The notes: generated by a model not told the origin, from the letters alone. A DNA stretch of 64,000 nt from Deltaproteobacteria bacterium (GCA_022710585.1 JAKLGV010000001.1:192131-256130); one strand, 5' to 3'; positions 29,015 through 38,233 are shown, counted from the first letter of the stretch. Translations and numbers: made by a program.

Positions 29015-29575
29015 ATGAACAAAGATTTTATTGAAATCCGCTGGCATGGCCGGGGCGGCCAGGGCGCGATTACGGCGGCCAAGATTGTCGCGGGCGCCGC
29101 GTTTGTTTCCGGCTACGCGGGCGTGGTGATGGCGCCGACGTTTGGAACGGAGCGCCGCGGCGCGCCGGTGATGACGTCGCTGAAGCTATCCAAAGAAAAA
29201 ATTTACGATTTAACGCCGATCGAAACGCCGGATATCGTCGTCGTTCTCGACCATCTGCTCTTAAATGAGGCGGACGTCACCCACGGTTTGAAGCCGGGCG
29301 GAATCATTGTGCTGAACACCCCGATGGCTCACGATGCCTACCACTTTAAAAATTACCGCCTGGCCACCGCCGATGTCACGGCCATCTCGGTGGAAACCGG
29401 ATTGCCTCACGGCATGGTGAATGCCGGCATCATCGGCTCGCTGGAGAAGGCGATGAACCTTCTGGGCATCGAGATACTGATTAAAGGCATCGAAGAGGAA
29501 TTCCGCACGCGCAAACCTCAAAACAATTCACGGGCAGCAAAAATCGCCTATGAGCGGACAATCACGGGAGAATAA
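29015..29575 (+). CDS. 2-oxoacid:ferredoxin oxidoreductase, gamma subunit (POR/VOR family)
   Basis: EIRWHGRGGQGAITAAKIVAGAA ... FGTERRGAPV. Confidence 0.88.
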   Translation: MNKDFIEIRWHGRGGQGAITAAKIVAGAAFVSGYAGVVMAPTFGTERRGAPVMTSLKLSKEKIYDLTPIETPDIVVVLDHLLLNEADVTHGLKPGGIIVLNTPMAHDAYHFKNYRLATADVTAISVETGLPHGMVNAGIIGSLEKAMNLLGIEILIKGIEEEFRTRKPQNNSRAAKIAYERTITGE

Positions 29576-29577
29576 AC

Positions 29578-29886
29578 ATGGGCACCAGAAATTACCGAAG
29601 GAAAACATCCCACAGCGAACACGGCCCCGGCGACGGCGGGCGGACAGGGTCCTGGCGGGTCGAGCGGCCGGTCCTGGACCAAAGCGTCTGCACCCCCTGC
29701 AAGAGAAATAAAGAATCCTGTTTCATCTGCTGGCTGTTCTGCCCGGAAATTGTCATCTCGCGAACCATTCCGCCCACCTTCAATCTGGAATACTGCAAGG
29801 GCTGCGGCATCTGCGCCGAAGAATGCCCGACCAAAGCCATTACGATGGTGGATGAGGCGAAATTCGCCGAAGAGGAAAAGGAGTAG
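29578..29886 (+). CDS. 2-oxoacid:ferredoxin oxidoreductase, delta (ferredoxin-like) subunit
   Basis: TGSWRVERPV plus two cluster motifs: CTPC-x6-CFICWLFCPE and CKGCGICAEECP. Confidence 0.85.
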   Translation: MGTRNYRRKTSHSEHGPGDGGRTGSWRVERPVLDQSVCTPCKRNKESCFICWLFCPEIVISRTIPPTFNLEYCKGCGICAEECPTKAITMVDEAKFAEEEKE

Positions 29887-29891
29887 TCGCC

Positions 29892-31091
29892 ATGCATATT
29901 ATCGAAAACGGAAATGTAGCCGCGGCTCTGGGCGTCCGGCTCTGCCGGGCCGGCGTCATCGCGGCGTATCCGATCACCCCGCAGACGCCGCTGACGGAAA
30001 GGCTCTCCGAATACGTAGAATCCGGCGACATGAAAGCCGAGTACATCCCGGTGGAAAGCGAACATTCCGCCCTGGCGGTCTGCATCGCGGCTTCTTCAGC
30101 GGGCGCGAGAACGTTCACCGCCACCAGCGCCAACGGCCTGCTTTACATGCACGAGCAGGTGCAGTGGGCGTCCGGCGCGAGATTGCCCATAGTGATGTGC
30201 GTCGTCAACCGCGCGGTCGGCGCGCCCTGGAATGTCTGGAACGACCAGCAGGATTCCATCTCCCAGCGCGACACCGGCTGGATTCAGATCTACTGCTGCG
30301 ATCACCAGCAGATTATAGATACCGTGATTAAAGCCTTCTGGCTGGCGGAAAAAGTCAGCATCCCGATTATGGTCTGCTATGACGGCTACATCCTTTCTCA
30401 TACCTACATGCCGTTTGATGTGCCGGATCAGGAAAAAGTGGACGCGTTCCTCCCGCCTTTCAAACCCGAGTATGCTTTGGATCCCGACCAGCCGGCCAAC
30501 CTGAACACGGTCACGCTGCCCGATGTCCGGGTAGATGTTCATGGCGAACTGGCCCACGGCTATATGGAAATACGTTACCTGCTGCAGGAGGATTTGCGGA
30601 CAACACTGAAAGCGGCCGCCGAAGCGGAACAGCGATTCGCCCAGCATTTCGGCCGGGGCGGCGATCCGTTCATCGAACCTTATCGCTGCGCCGACGCGGA
30701 CTTTGTCGCCGTCGGCATGGGATCGATCACTTATCAGCTGCGTGTCTGCGTGGATGCCCTGAGAAAAGAAGGAATCCGGGTCGGCGTAATGGGCGTCCGT
30801 TATTACCGGCCTTTTCCTGACGAAGCCATTGCCGGCGCCCTGAAGGGCAAGCAAGGCGTCATCGTTTTTGAGAAAGCACTCAGCTACGGCTATGAAGGCG
30901 CTCTGGCCTCCGATCTGAAGTCGGCGCTTTATGAACATCTCGCCCCGACAGGATCGTTGCCGACCGTACAGAACCTGATCGCGGGCATCGGCGGCCGAGA
31001 GATCCGGACGGAGGATCTGACACAGACACTCAGAGCGGCCATACACGAAAGAATTTCCAAAGAACCCCACTGGATCGGTCTTAAGTTATAG
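29892..31091 (+). CDS. 2-oxoacid:ferredoxin oxidoreductase, alpha subunit
   Basis: GNVAAALGVRLCRAGVIAAYPITPQT, ESEHSALAVCIAASSAGARTFTATSANGLLYM. Confidence 0.9.
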   Translation: MHIIENGNVAAALGVRLCRAGVIAAYPITPQTPLTERLSEYVESGDMKAEYIPVESEHSALAVCIAASSAGARTFTATSANGLLYMHEQVQWASGARLPIVMCVVNRAVGAPWNVWNDQQDSISQRDTGWIQIYCCDHQQIIDTVIKAFWLAEKVSIPIMVCYDGYILSHTYMPFDVPDQEKVDAFLPPFKPEYALDPDQPANLNTVTLPDVRVDVHGELAHGYMEIRYLLQEDLRTTLKAAAEAEQRFAQHFGRGGDPFIEPYRCADADFVAVGMGSITYQLRVCVDALRKEGIRVGVMGVRYYRPFPDEAIAGALKGKQGVIVFEKALSYGYEGALASDLKSALYEHLAPTGSLPTVQNLIAGIGGREIRTEDLTQTLRAAIHERISKEPHWIGLKL

Positions 31092-31100
31092 GAGAAACGC

Positions 31101-32003
31101 ATGCAGGCGAAGACAAACATCTTAAATCTACCCACGCAGGAATTTGTTCATCCGGGCACCAGAGCGTGCACCGGCTGCGGACTGGCCATTGCCTACCGGG
31201 TGGGCCTCAAGGCCCTTGGAAAAGACACCATTCTGATCGTGCCGCCAAGCTGTCTGACGGTTCTGCAGGGACTTTTTCCCGTCGCCTCGACCAAGCTCCC
31301 GTGTCTCAATGTGACGTTCGCTTCCTCGGCAGCCGCGGCCACCGGAATTCTGGCCGCGTTAAAAACGCTCGGAAATGACCACACGACCGTTGCCGCCTGG
31401 GCCGGTGACGGCGGAACAAGCGACATCGGCCTGCAGGCCTTATCCGGTGCGGCCGAGCGCGGTGATAACTTCATTTACTTCTGTTATGATAACGAAGGCT
31501 ACATGAACACCGGCGTTCAGCGTTCCGGCACCACACCCATCGGCGCGGTCACCGCCAACACGCCTTTCAAGGGAAAACTGCAGCAGAAAAAAGATGTACC
31601 GGCCATTATGGCGGCGCATCATCTGAGTTATGTGGCCGCCTGTTCGGCCGCTTACCCGCTGGATCTCTACGACAAGATCAAGAACTGCCTGCACCTGCCG
31701 GGCACAAAATATTTTCACATTCACATCCCCTGTCCGCCCGGCTGGGGATATGATCCGCGCTACGGCATTAAAATCGGCCGACTGGCCGTGGAAACCGGCT
31801 ACTACGATCTCTACGAAATAGTTAACGGTGAATTCCGGCTGACGGCCGCCTCCGAAAAACTCATGGAAAAAAGAAAGTTGATTCCGGTGCGGGAATATTT
31901 CCGGTCACAGTCCCGGTTCAAGATTCTGACCGACGCGCAGATCGACGACATCCAGAAACAAATCGACGATAAATGGGCAGGCTATTACGGAAAAGATGAG
32001 TAA
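31101..32003 (+). CDS. 2-oxoacid:ferredoxin oxidoreductase, beta (TPP-binding) subunit
   Basis: GTRACTGCG, GDGGTSDIGLQALSGAAERGDNFIYFCYDNEGYMNTGVQRS. Confidence 0.9.
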   Translation: MQAKTNILNLPTQEFVHPGTRACTGCGLAIAYRVGLKALGKDTILIVPPSCLTVLQGLFPVASTKLPCLNVTFASSAAAATGILAALKTLGNDHTTVAAWAGDGGTSDIGLQALSGAAERGDNFIYFCYDNEGYMNTGVQRSGTTPIGAVTANTPFKGKLQQKKDVPAIMAAHHLSYVAACSAAYPLDLYDKIKNCLHLPGTKYFHIHIPCPPGWGYDPRYGIKIGRLAVETGYYDLYEIVNGEFRLTAASEKLMEKRKLIPVREYFRSQSRFKILTDAQIDDIQKQIDDKWAGYYGKDE

Positions 32004-32087
32004 TGGTTTTCGAATCCCAACGTTGTCGGGACGACTGGTCGGGATTCAAAGGCACGTTGCGGAGAAGCGCCCCGCAAAAAATGGCAC

Positions 32088-32125
32088 AAAAAAATTGCTG
32101 CCCTGAATCGCGGCAGCAATTTTTC
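32088..32125. terminator. Bidirectional stem-loop between the oxidoreductase operon and the convergent zinc-ribbon gene
   Basis: aaaattgctgcc (32091-32102) pairs with ggcagcaatttt (32112-32123), with A-runs and T-runs on either side. Confidence 0.65.
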
Positions 32126-32170
32126 ACCTGGATATATCCTTCCCAAAGCCGGAAAGATTCTGTCCGACAG

Positions 32171-32623
32171 CTATTTTATAGAAGAAACGATAACATAACC
32201 TAAAATTATGACAAAGATACTCCCAAAAACCAGGCCGATGATCGAAGGCAGTTTTTTGGGATGGTTCAATCCGATCACACCGGACATAATGCCGGCAATC
32301 GCGCACGCCATACTGATGAAAATAAAAATGATCGTCGACGTTTGCCAGCCTTCATCGCCTATACGATGCATGCCCAGGGCTATAAAAATTGAAATCAAAA
32401 TTAATCCGATCATGGAAGACACCGCTGAAATTATTCCACCGACCGGACGGTCACCGACTTCTGATGATGAAGAAGTTGATGCCATGATGTCGTCATCCGT
32501 GATGACCGATATCGTCCTCTGCGTTTTAGGCTTAGCCTGCGCAAGACTGATTGTTTCTCCGCAATTATCGCAGACTGTCTTTCCGGCGGGAACGTCTAGA
32601 CCGCATTTTGGACACTTAGGCAT
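32171..32623 (-). CDS. Zinc-ribbon membrane protein (hypothetical)
   Basis: N-terminal CPKCG...CDNCG ribbon, Ser/Asp-rich linker and three hydrophobic helices. RBS GGAAAGGAG. Confidence 0.6.
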   Translation of the reverse strand: MPKCPKCGLDVPAGKTVCDNCGETISLAQAKPKTQRTISVITDDDIMASTSSSSEVGDRPVGGIISAVSSMIGLILISIFIALGMHRIGDEGWQTSTIIFIFISMACAIAGIMSGVIGLNHPKKLPSIIGLVFGSIFVIILGYVIVSSIK

Positions 32624-32737
32624 GGCTGGATTCTCCTTTCCAATTCATTTTAAACGATTTGCAGATATTATTCTCTTATTCACAAACATTATAAAAAGAA
32701 AGATTTGGCCTGTCAACTTAATATTGGCCGCCTGCGA

Positions 32738-33721
32738 TCAGGAACCGATGACCGTTTTCAACGCATCCATATGCATGTTGCCGCCGGACATCACCATCAC
32801 CACCTTTTTACCGGCGAGCCGGTCTTTGATTTTGTAGGCGGCCATCAATGAAACGGCTCCAGCAAACTCGGCCAGATTGTGTGTGGCGGTCAGCGCCAGT
32901 CTCACCCCTTCGCGTATTTCATCTTCCGTGAGCAGAATCACGTCATTGATGGCGTCTTTGAGAATGACATAGGGCAGGTGAAAGACGCTTCGCGAGGCCA
33001 AACCATCTGCCAGCGTGTGGGCTTCATCGAGAATGACCAGTTCTCCCTTTTTCCATGATTGATAAAAGGACGGCGCGTTTTGCGGCTCCACGCCGATGAT
33101 TTCGATATCCGGCCGGATCGCACGCGCCGTTTTTAAAATCGACGCGCAGCCTGCACCGCCGCCGATCGGGCAGATAATCGTGTCCACATCCGGCAGATCC
33201 TCCATGATCTCGAGGCCCATCGTGGCCAGGCCGTTGAGAATTTCCGGTTCATTGCCCTGCTGAACATAGTAATAGCCGGCGCTGTCCACCAGTTCATCGC
33301 AATAGGATTGCGCGTCATAGAAATCTTCCCCGTGAATGATCAGTTCCGCGCCGTAGCTTTCGATGGTGCGGTTGATTTCCGGATTGTTTCCCTCCGGTAC
33401 GACCACAGTGCAGGGAACGTGAAACCACTGACCCGCCCAAGCCATCGCCAGGCCATGATTGCCCCGGGTAGCCACGAGGATTCCGGCTTCCAGCTCTTCG
33501 CGGGACATGTGATGAAAGAAATTCAGCGCGCCCCTGATCTTAAATGACCCCGTCGGATTATGATTTTCGTGCTTGACGAACGCTTCGCAGCCGATCAGCC
33601 GCGAAAGTTCCGAATAGCAGATCAGATTGGTCCGGTTCAGATAGCGGTCAACAACCGATTTCGCCATCAAGGTTTTGGTCAGATTGACCTGCGTGCTCAT
33701 CGCTTCATATTTTTTCAGCAT
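32738..33721 (-). CDS. PLP-dependent threonine/serine dehydratase (threonine ammonia-lyase family, no ACT domain)
   Basis: FVKHENHNPTGSFKIRGALN (PLP Lys), VATRGNHG, PIGGGAGCA. I prefer the ATG at 33721, preceded by AGGAGGAAGTT. The longer ORF-track N-terminus overlaps waaA in another frame. Confidence 0.85.
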   Translation of the reverse strand: MLKKYEAMSTQVNLTKTLMAKSVVDRYLNRTNLICYSELSRLIGCEAFVKHENHNPTGSFKIRGALNFFHHMSREELEAGILVATRGNHGLAMAWAGQWFHVPCTVVVPEGNNPEINRTIESYGAELIIHGEDFYDAQSYCDELVDSAGYYYVQQGNEPEILNGLATMGLEIMEDLPDVDTIICPIGGGAGCASILKTARAIRPDIEIIGVEPQNAPSFYQSWKKGELVILDEAHTLADGLASRSVFHLPYVILKDAINDVILLTEDEIREGVRLALTATHNLAEFAGAVSLMAAYKIKDRLAGKKVVMVMSGGNMHMDALKTVIGS

Positions 33722-33747
33722 AACTTCCTCCTGATCATCAAGTCCTG

Positions 33748-35079
33748 TTAAATATATTTGCTGATTAAATCGGCGTATCTCCCGGCGGCACCGATGTTGG
33801 CCGCGATCACCGCCCGGCCCTTTTCTCCACGCCGGTCTGCTTCTTCGGGATGATCGAGCATTCGCATGATGCCGCTGAACAGCTCCTCCCCGTCGCGGAC
33901 TGTTATACCGCAACCGGCTTCTTCCAGTAAAGTTTTTTCCTGACTGAAATCTTCCATGGACGGGCCGTAAAAAATTACCTTGCCCCAAGCCGCCGCCTCC
34001 AGGATATTCTGGCCGCCCTTCGGCACAAGGGACCCGCCGCAAAAAACAACCGACGCCAGCGAATAGACCTTGAACAATTCCCCGATCACATCAATTACTA
34101 TAACGCTCTCGGCCTTTACGGACCGCCCGTTATTTATCTCGGACAGCCGGATGACATCGTTCAAACCACTCTGCCTTAAAAGATTAACGACATTCTCCGT
34201 TCTTTCGATATGCCGCGGCACCAGGATCAGCCGTAAGTCGGGATAGCGCTCCAGCAGTTTCCGATAAACATCAATGACGATTTCATCTTCCCCCGGATGC
34301 GTGCTTCCAGCGACAAAAAATCTCTCGTTCTCCCGCGCGTTCAGGCGCCGCGTGATTTCATCCCTGAGCGCTGGAGAAATCTTGGCCGCCAGTCCGTCAT
34401 ATTTGGCGTTTCCCATCACCTGCATTTTCGCCGCGTCCATTCCGATGTCTGTTATTCTCTGCGCGTCAACGTCGGAAATCATGCCCGCGAAATCCAGATG
34501 ACGCAAAACCTTTTTCCAGAAAAATCCGGTCATCCGGTACCGGCGATAGGAACGCGGCGATATCCGGCCGTTGACCATCAAAGTCTTGACGCGGTTTTGT
34601 TCGCAGCAGCGCAAAAAATTAGGCCAGAGCTCCGTCTCCACCAGCACGAAAACGTCCGGTTTGGCCATGGCAATCATTTTACGAACCACCGCGGGAATAT
34701 CCAGCGGGAAATAAATAAAGGCGACGTCGTCTTTGATAAATTTTTGCGCCATTTCCTGCCCGGTTTCCGTGGACGTGGAAAACACAATCTGCACTTCCGG
34801 TCTTTTCTTTTTCAGCGAAGCGACGATCGGCGCGGCGGCGGTCACCTCGCCCACGGAAACGGCGTGAATCCAAACGCGCGGTCCCTCTTTGATCGCAGAC
34901 AAAATGTTTGTCTGCCGGCCGCCAAATTTCTGGAAGATGCTTGTGCGGTACTTACCGGTCAAAATGATTTTCAGCAGAAAAAACGGAACCAGAACCACCG
35001 CAGCTGCCCATAAAATGATATTGTACAGAATATACATAATTGCATATTCAGTTTTTTCTTCCACCGTGTCAAGCTGCAA
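33748..35079 (-). CDS. waaA: 3-deoxy-D-manno-octulosonic acid (Kdo) transferase
   Basis: VWIHAVSVGEV, FSTSTETGQEMA, VETELWPN, GGSLVPKGGQNILEAAAWGK. An [11 protein letters not shown] start at 35037 (MYILYNIIL) is possible. Confidence 0.9.
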   Translation of the reverse strand: MQLDTVEEKTEYAIMYILYNIILWAAAVVLVPFFLLKIILTGKYRTSIFQKFGGRQTNILSAIKEGPRVWIHAVSVGEVTAAAPIVASLKKKRPEVQIVFSTSTETGQEMAQKFIKDDVAFIYFPLDIPAVVRKMIAMAKPDVFVLVETELWPNFLRCCEQNRVKTLMVNGRISPRSYRRYRMTGFFWKKVLRHLDFAGMISDVDAQRITDIGMDAAKMQVMGNAKYDGLAAKISPALRDEITRRLNARENERFFVAGSTHPGEDEIVIDVYRKLLERYPDLRLILVPRHIERTENVVNLLRQSGLNDVIRLSEINNGRSVKAESVIVIDVIGELFKVYSLASVVFCGGSLVPKGGQNILEAAAWGKVIFYGPSMEDFSQEKTLLEEAGCGITVRDGEELFSGIMRMLDHPEEADRRGEKGRAVIAANIGAAGRYADLISKYI

Positions 35080-35170
35080 TTATGAACGACGGCGAAAAAA
35101 TTACACACGTCAATTGACATTACCCGCCCTTTAGTATATTTTACGGCCAACACTCGTCAGGAATGATCAC

Positions 35171-35836
35171 ATGAAGTTAATTGCCCCATCAATTCTTTCC
35201 GCGGACGCCAGCCGGCTGGGCGAAGAAATTCTCGCCGTCGAACAAGCCGGCGCCGACTGGATTCATATTGACGTCATGGACGGCACGTTCGTGCCCAATA
35301 TCACGATGGGCCCGGCCGTTATTTCGTCATTAAGAAAAGTGACCAAACTGCCCTTTGATGTCCATCTGATGATTGCGGATCCCGACCGCTACATTGAATC
35401 GTTCTTCAAGGCTGGCGCCGATGTTATTACCGTGCACGTCGAAGCATCCACGCATTTGCATCGCACCATCGAACTGATTAAGAGTTTCGGAGTCAAGGCG
35501 GGGGTTTCCTTGAATCCCGCCACCTCGCTGGATCAAATCGCGGAGATTATTCATTACATTGATCTGCTGCTGATTATGACGGTCAATCCGGGCTTCGGCG
35601 GACAACAGTTCATCGGCACGTCGCTGTCCAAAATCGCGCGCGCGAAAAGAATGCTGGAGGCCATGCCGCATCAGCCTCTTCTGGAAGTTGACGGAGGAGC
35701 GAATCTCAAAAACATCGGTGATATTGCTCAGGCAGGCGCCGATGTTATCGTTGCCGGAGCCGCTGTCTTCAACGCCGAAGACTACCAAAAAACCATCGCC
35801 GCGCTGAAAACAGCCGCCAACAGCCTGATCGCCTAA
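35171..35836 (+). CDS. rpe: Ribulose-phosphate 3-epimerase
   Basis: IAPSILSAD, HIDVMDGTFVPNIT, DVHLM, MTVNPGFGGQQFI, EVDGG. Confidence 0.95.
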   Translation: MKLIAPSILSADASRLGEEILAVEQAGADWIHIDVMDGTFVPNITMGPAVISSLRKVTKLPFDVHLMIADPDRYIESFFKAGADVITVHVEASTHLHRTIELIKSFGVKAGVSLNPATSLDQIAEIIHYIDLLLIMTVNPGFGGQQFIGTSLSKIARAKRMLEAMPHQPLLEVDGGANLKNIGDIAQAGADVIVAGAAVFNAEDYQKTIAALKTAANSLIA

Positions 35837-35845
35837 CGGCACCAC

Positions 35846-36056
35846 GTTCTATGTTCTACATTCAATGTTCAACGTTGAATGATACCTTTGATACTTTGAA
35901 TCCCGATGTGTCGGGATGAGAGCATGAGAAGTCTTGATCTAAACTTAAATATATAGAAGCAACATTTTGCGACAAAACATTCAGGCAACGCTTCGCCATT
36001 TTCCCATCAGCCTGTCTCTTTAACTTTGAACTTTGAACATAGAACTTTGAACTTTA
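35846..36056. repeat. Inverted arrays of a GTTC(A/T)A(N) heptamer flanking about 140 bp that contains an internal hairpin
   Basis: Left array: GTTCTAT GTTCTAC ATTCAAT GTTCAAC GTTGAAT (35846-35880). Right array, reverse complement: GTTCAAA GTTCTAT GTTCAAA GTTCAAA (about 36024-36055). The 11-nt cores gttctatgttc (35846-35856) and gaacatagaac (36035-36045) are exact reverse complements. Hairpin atcccga-tgtg-tcgggat at 35899-35916. Confidence 0.7.
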
Positions 36057-36806
36057 TTACCAGGCGGGGAAAAGAGAGTTTTTTGCCAACTTCATCTTTG
36101 CCAGACGGAACACCAGCGCCGTGCTCAAACAGCCGAATCCGTATTCAATGCTTCTTTTCAGATTGATGGATGACGCTTCCGCAAAATAGCTGGTCGGACA
36201 GCTTACTTCCGCGATCGTGTATCCATACCAGACAATCTGCGCCAGCATCTGATTATCGAAAACAAAATCGTCGGAATTATTAGCCAGGGGAAGTTTCATC
36301 AGCAGCTCGCGGGAGAAAGCGCGGTAGCCGGTATGATATTCGGACAGCTTGGCGCCGATTAAAAGATTTTCCGTCAGCGTCAGGAAACGGTTGGCGATAT
36401 ATTTCCAGACGGGCATGCCGCCTTTGAGCGCGTAGCCGCCCAGAATGCGTGACCCGAGCACGCAATGGTAAAGGCCGTTGCCGATCATGGACGTCATCGC
36501 CGGAATGAGTTTGGGCGTGTACTGATAATCGGGATGCACCATAATGACAATATCTGCGCCCTCTTCCAGCGCCAGACGGTAGCAGGTTTTCTGATTGCCG
36601 CCGTAGCCCAGATTTTTTTCATGCACAAAAACTCTGGTCTGGGGAAGATTACGCGCGACCTTGACGGTGTTGTCCGGGCTGGCGTCATCAACAAGAATCA
36701 CCTTGTCCACAACGCCCTGTGCCATGACTTCATTGTAGGTTTGGAGCAGGGTCTTTTCGGCGTTGTAAGCCGGCATGACCACCACGACTTTTTTGTTTTG
36801 AAACAT
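36057..36806 (-). CDS. Family 2 glycosyltransferase (polyprenyl-phosphate sugar synthase-like)
   Basis: [35 protein letters not shown] (DXD-type). Confidence 0.85.
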   Translation of the reverse strand: MFQNKKVVVVMPAYNAEKTLLQTYNEVMAQGVVDKVILVDDASPDNTVKVARNLPQTRVFVHEKNLGYGGNQKTCYRLALEEGADIVIMVHPDYQYTPKLIPAMTSMIGNGLYHCVLGSRILGGYALKGGMPVWKYIANRFLTLTENLLIGAKLSEYHTGYRAFSRELLMKLPLANNSDDFVFDNQMLAQIVWYGYTIAEVSCPTSYFAEASSINLKRSIEYGFGCLSTALVFRLAKMKLAKNSLFPAW

Positions 36807-36859
36807 GCCCTATCCGACTATTCATCCCGTTGTGAAAGATTCGCTTAATCTGGATTCGT

Positions 36860-36927
36860 GTCATTTCGAGGAGCAACGCGACGAGAAATCTAAGATTCCT
36901 CACGCGCTTTCAGCGGTTCGGAATGAC
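36860..36927 (+). repeat. REP-like hairpin element, copy A (gtcatttcgaggag...cgacgagaaatc...ttcggaatgac)
   Basis: The terminal arms gtcatttcgag and ttcggaatgac are imperfect inverted repeats. The first 31 nt match copy B at 27 of 31 positions. Confidence 0.7.
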
Positions 36928-36981
36928 ATCCGAGGAAAAGCGGCGCGTTCGGCACATGCGCCTTGCACATGATTGAATTAG

Positions 36982-37013
36982 ATTGCGAGTCCCGATTTTT
37001 CGGGACTCGCAAT
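36982..37013. repeat. Perfect 14-bp palindromic hairpin (attgcgagtcccga-tttt-tcgggactcgcaat), downstream of the NMO gene
   Basis: Read directly. A degenerate copy (gcgagt..cccaatttatcgggactcgc) lies at 7456-7487. It may also act as the NMO terminator, but it lacks a U-tract. Confidence 0.65.
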
Positions 37014-37037
37014 GATATACAGCTATTGTAAACTTTA

Positions 37038-38087
37038 CTACGCGAAATGAGCGTCAAGTTTCTTCTGCTGCTTTTCTGCCTCCACCGCCATTCTTTCCAT
37101 CAGTTCGGCCACGGTCGGTTCATCATGCAGCAGGCCCATCACCTGTCCCACAGGCAGCACACCTTCCTTCGTATCACCGTCTTCCGTAGCGACCCGGATC
37201 GCGTGGAAACCATTAGCCATGAAAGCCAGCTGCTTGGCGTTTTTCCAGCCGGACATCATCACGCCGATAAACAGTTTGAAGAAAGGGAGCTTCAACTGTT
37301 TGGCGATATCCTGCGCGTTGAAAAAAGCCGCCGGCAAATTCAAGCCCTTCCGGATGGCTCTTTCCGCGGCATCCGTCTTCATGATGCGGCAGAGCAGCCC
37401 GTCGAACCGATCCGAATACAGCGTATCCTCGACGTCTTTTTCCATAGACAGTCTTTTATAGACATTGTGCAGCGGGCTTTCCTTCGTCGTCATAAAGCGC
37501 GTGCCCATCGCGATGCCTTCCGCGCCCAGCGCCAGCGCCGCCGCCAGACCGCGCCCGTCGCCGAAACCGCCGGTCGCGATGACGGGAATCTTCACTGCGT
37601 CCACCAGCGATGGAACCAGCACCAGCGACGTGACATGCTCGCCGTGCGCCGCGGCTTCGTGGCCGGTGGAAATCACGGCATCACATCCGTAATCCTCCGC
37701 CCGCTTCGCATGGCGCGCGTTGACGACCGTGGCAATAACTTTGCCGCCGTAGGCGTGCGACGCTTTGACAATCCAGTCGCCCTTGCCCAGCGAGAAATTG
37801 ATCACCGGCACTTTTTCTTCCAGAAGCACCTTGGCGTTTTCCGCCGCGCCCGGGAACAGAAGTGTGGCATTGGCGCCGAAGGGTTTATCCGTCAGAGACC
37901 GGATTTCTTTGATGGCCGCGCGCGTCTGCTCGGCATTAAACGGTCCTGTCGCCAGGATGCCCAACCCGCCGGCGTTGGAAACGGCCGCAACCATTTTGGG
38001 AACGCTGATCCAGCTCATGCCGGATAAAAGGATGGGATACTTGATGCCTAACATTTCTGTAATCTTGGTTTTCATATTTTTCTCCAA
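37038..38087 (-). CDS. Nitronate monooxygenase / FabK-like FMN-dependent enoyl reductase family protein
   Basis: ITEMLGIKYPILLSGMSWISVPKMVAAVSNAGGLGILA, VIATGGFGDGRGLAAALALGAEGIAMGTRF. Confidence 0.85.
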   Translation of the reverse strand: MEKNMKTKITEMLGIKYPILLSGMSWISVPKMVAAVSNAGGLGILATGPFNAEQTRAAIKEIRSLTDKPFGANATLLFPGAAENAKVLLEEKVPVINFSLGKGDWIVKASHAYGGKVIATVVNARHAKRAEDYGCDAVISTGHEAAAHGEHVTSLVLVPSLVDAVKIPVIATGGFGDGRGLAAALALGAEGIAMGTRFMTTKESPLHNVYKRLSMEKDVEDTLYSDRFDGLLCRIMKTDAAERAIRKGLNLPAAFFNAQDIAKQLKLPFFKLFIGVMMSGWKNAKQLAFMANGFHAIRVATEDGDTKEGVLPVGQVMGLLHDEPTVAELMERMAVEAEKQQKKLDAHFA

Positions 38088-38101
38088 AATAAATATTTTA
38101 T

Positions 38102-38182
38102 GTCATTTCGAGGAGGGAAACGACGAGAAATCTTTTTTTGTAACTATTGCGTTATAAGATCTCTCACTACGTTCGAGATGAC
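38102..38182 (+). repeat. REP-like hairpin element, copy B (same orientation as copy A)
   Basis: gtcatttcgaggagggaaacgacgagaaatc ... cgttcgagatgac. It sits between the NMO start and the hbd stop. Confidence 0.7.
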
Positions 38183-38233
38183 ATATGTGTTTACTCATTC
38201 CATAAATCGGAGGCGATAAATGCCCTCCGGCTC

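Noticed and set aside
32004-32017. ggttttcgaatccc resembling a tRNA T-arm (GGTTCGAATCC).
   Set aside because: No acceptor stem, D-arm or anticodon arm can be drawn around it. It lies right after the oxidoreductase beta-subunit stop.
32082-32098. TGGCAC...TTGC resembling a sigma54 -24/-12 promoter.
   Set aside because: The GG-to-GC spacing is 14 nt, against the canonical 12. The TTGC is part of the terminator stem, and no downstream gene lies in that orientation.
33722-34042. 107-codon N-terminal extension of the dehydratase ORF (MRRVPCAEGRPEYPGGGG...).
   Set aside because: It overlaps the 3' end of waaA in another frame and is Arg/Gly-rich. The ATG at 33721 has a perfect AGGAGG and begins the conserved dehydratase sequence.
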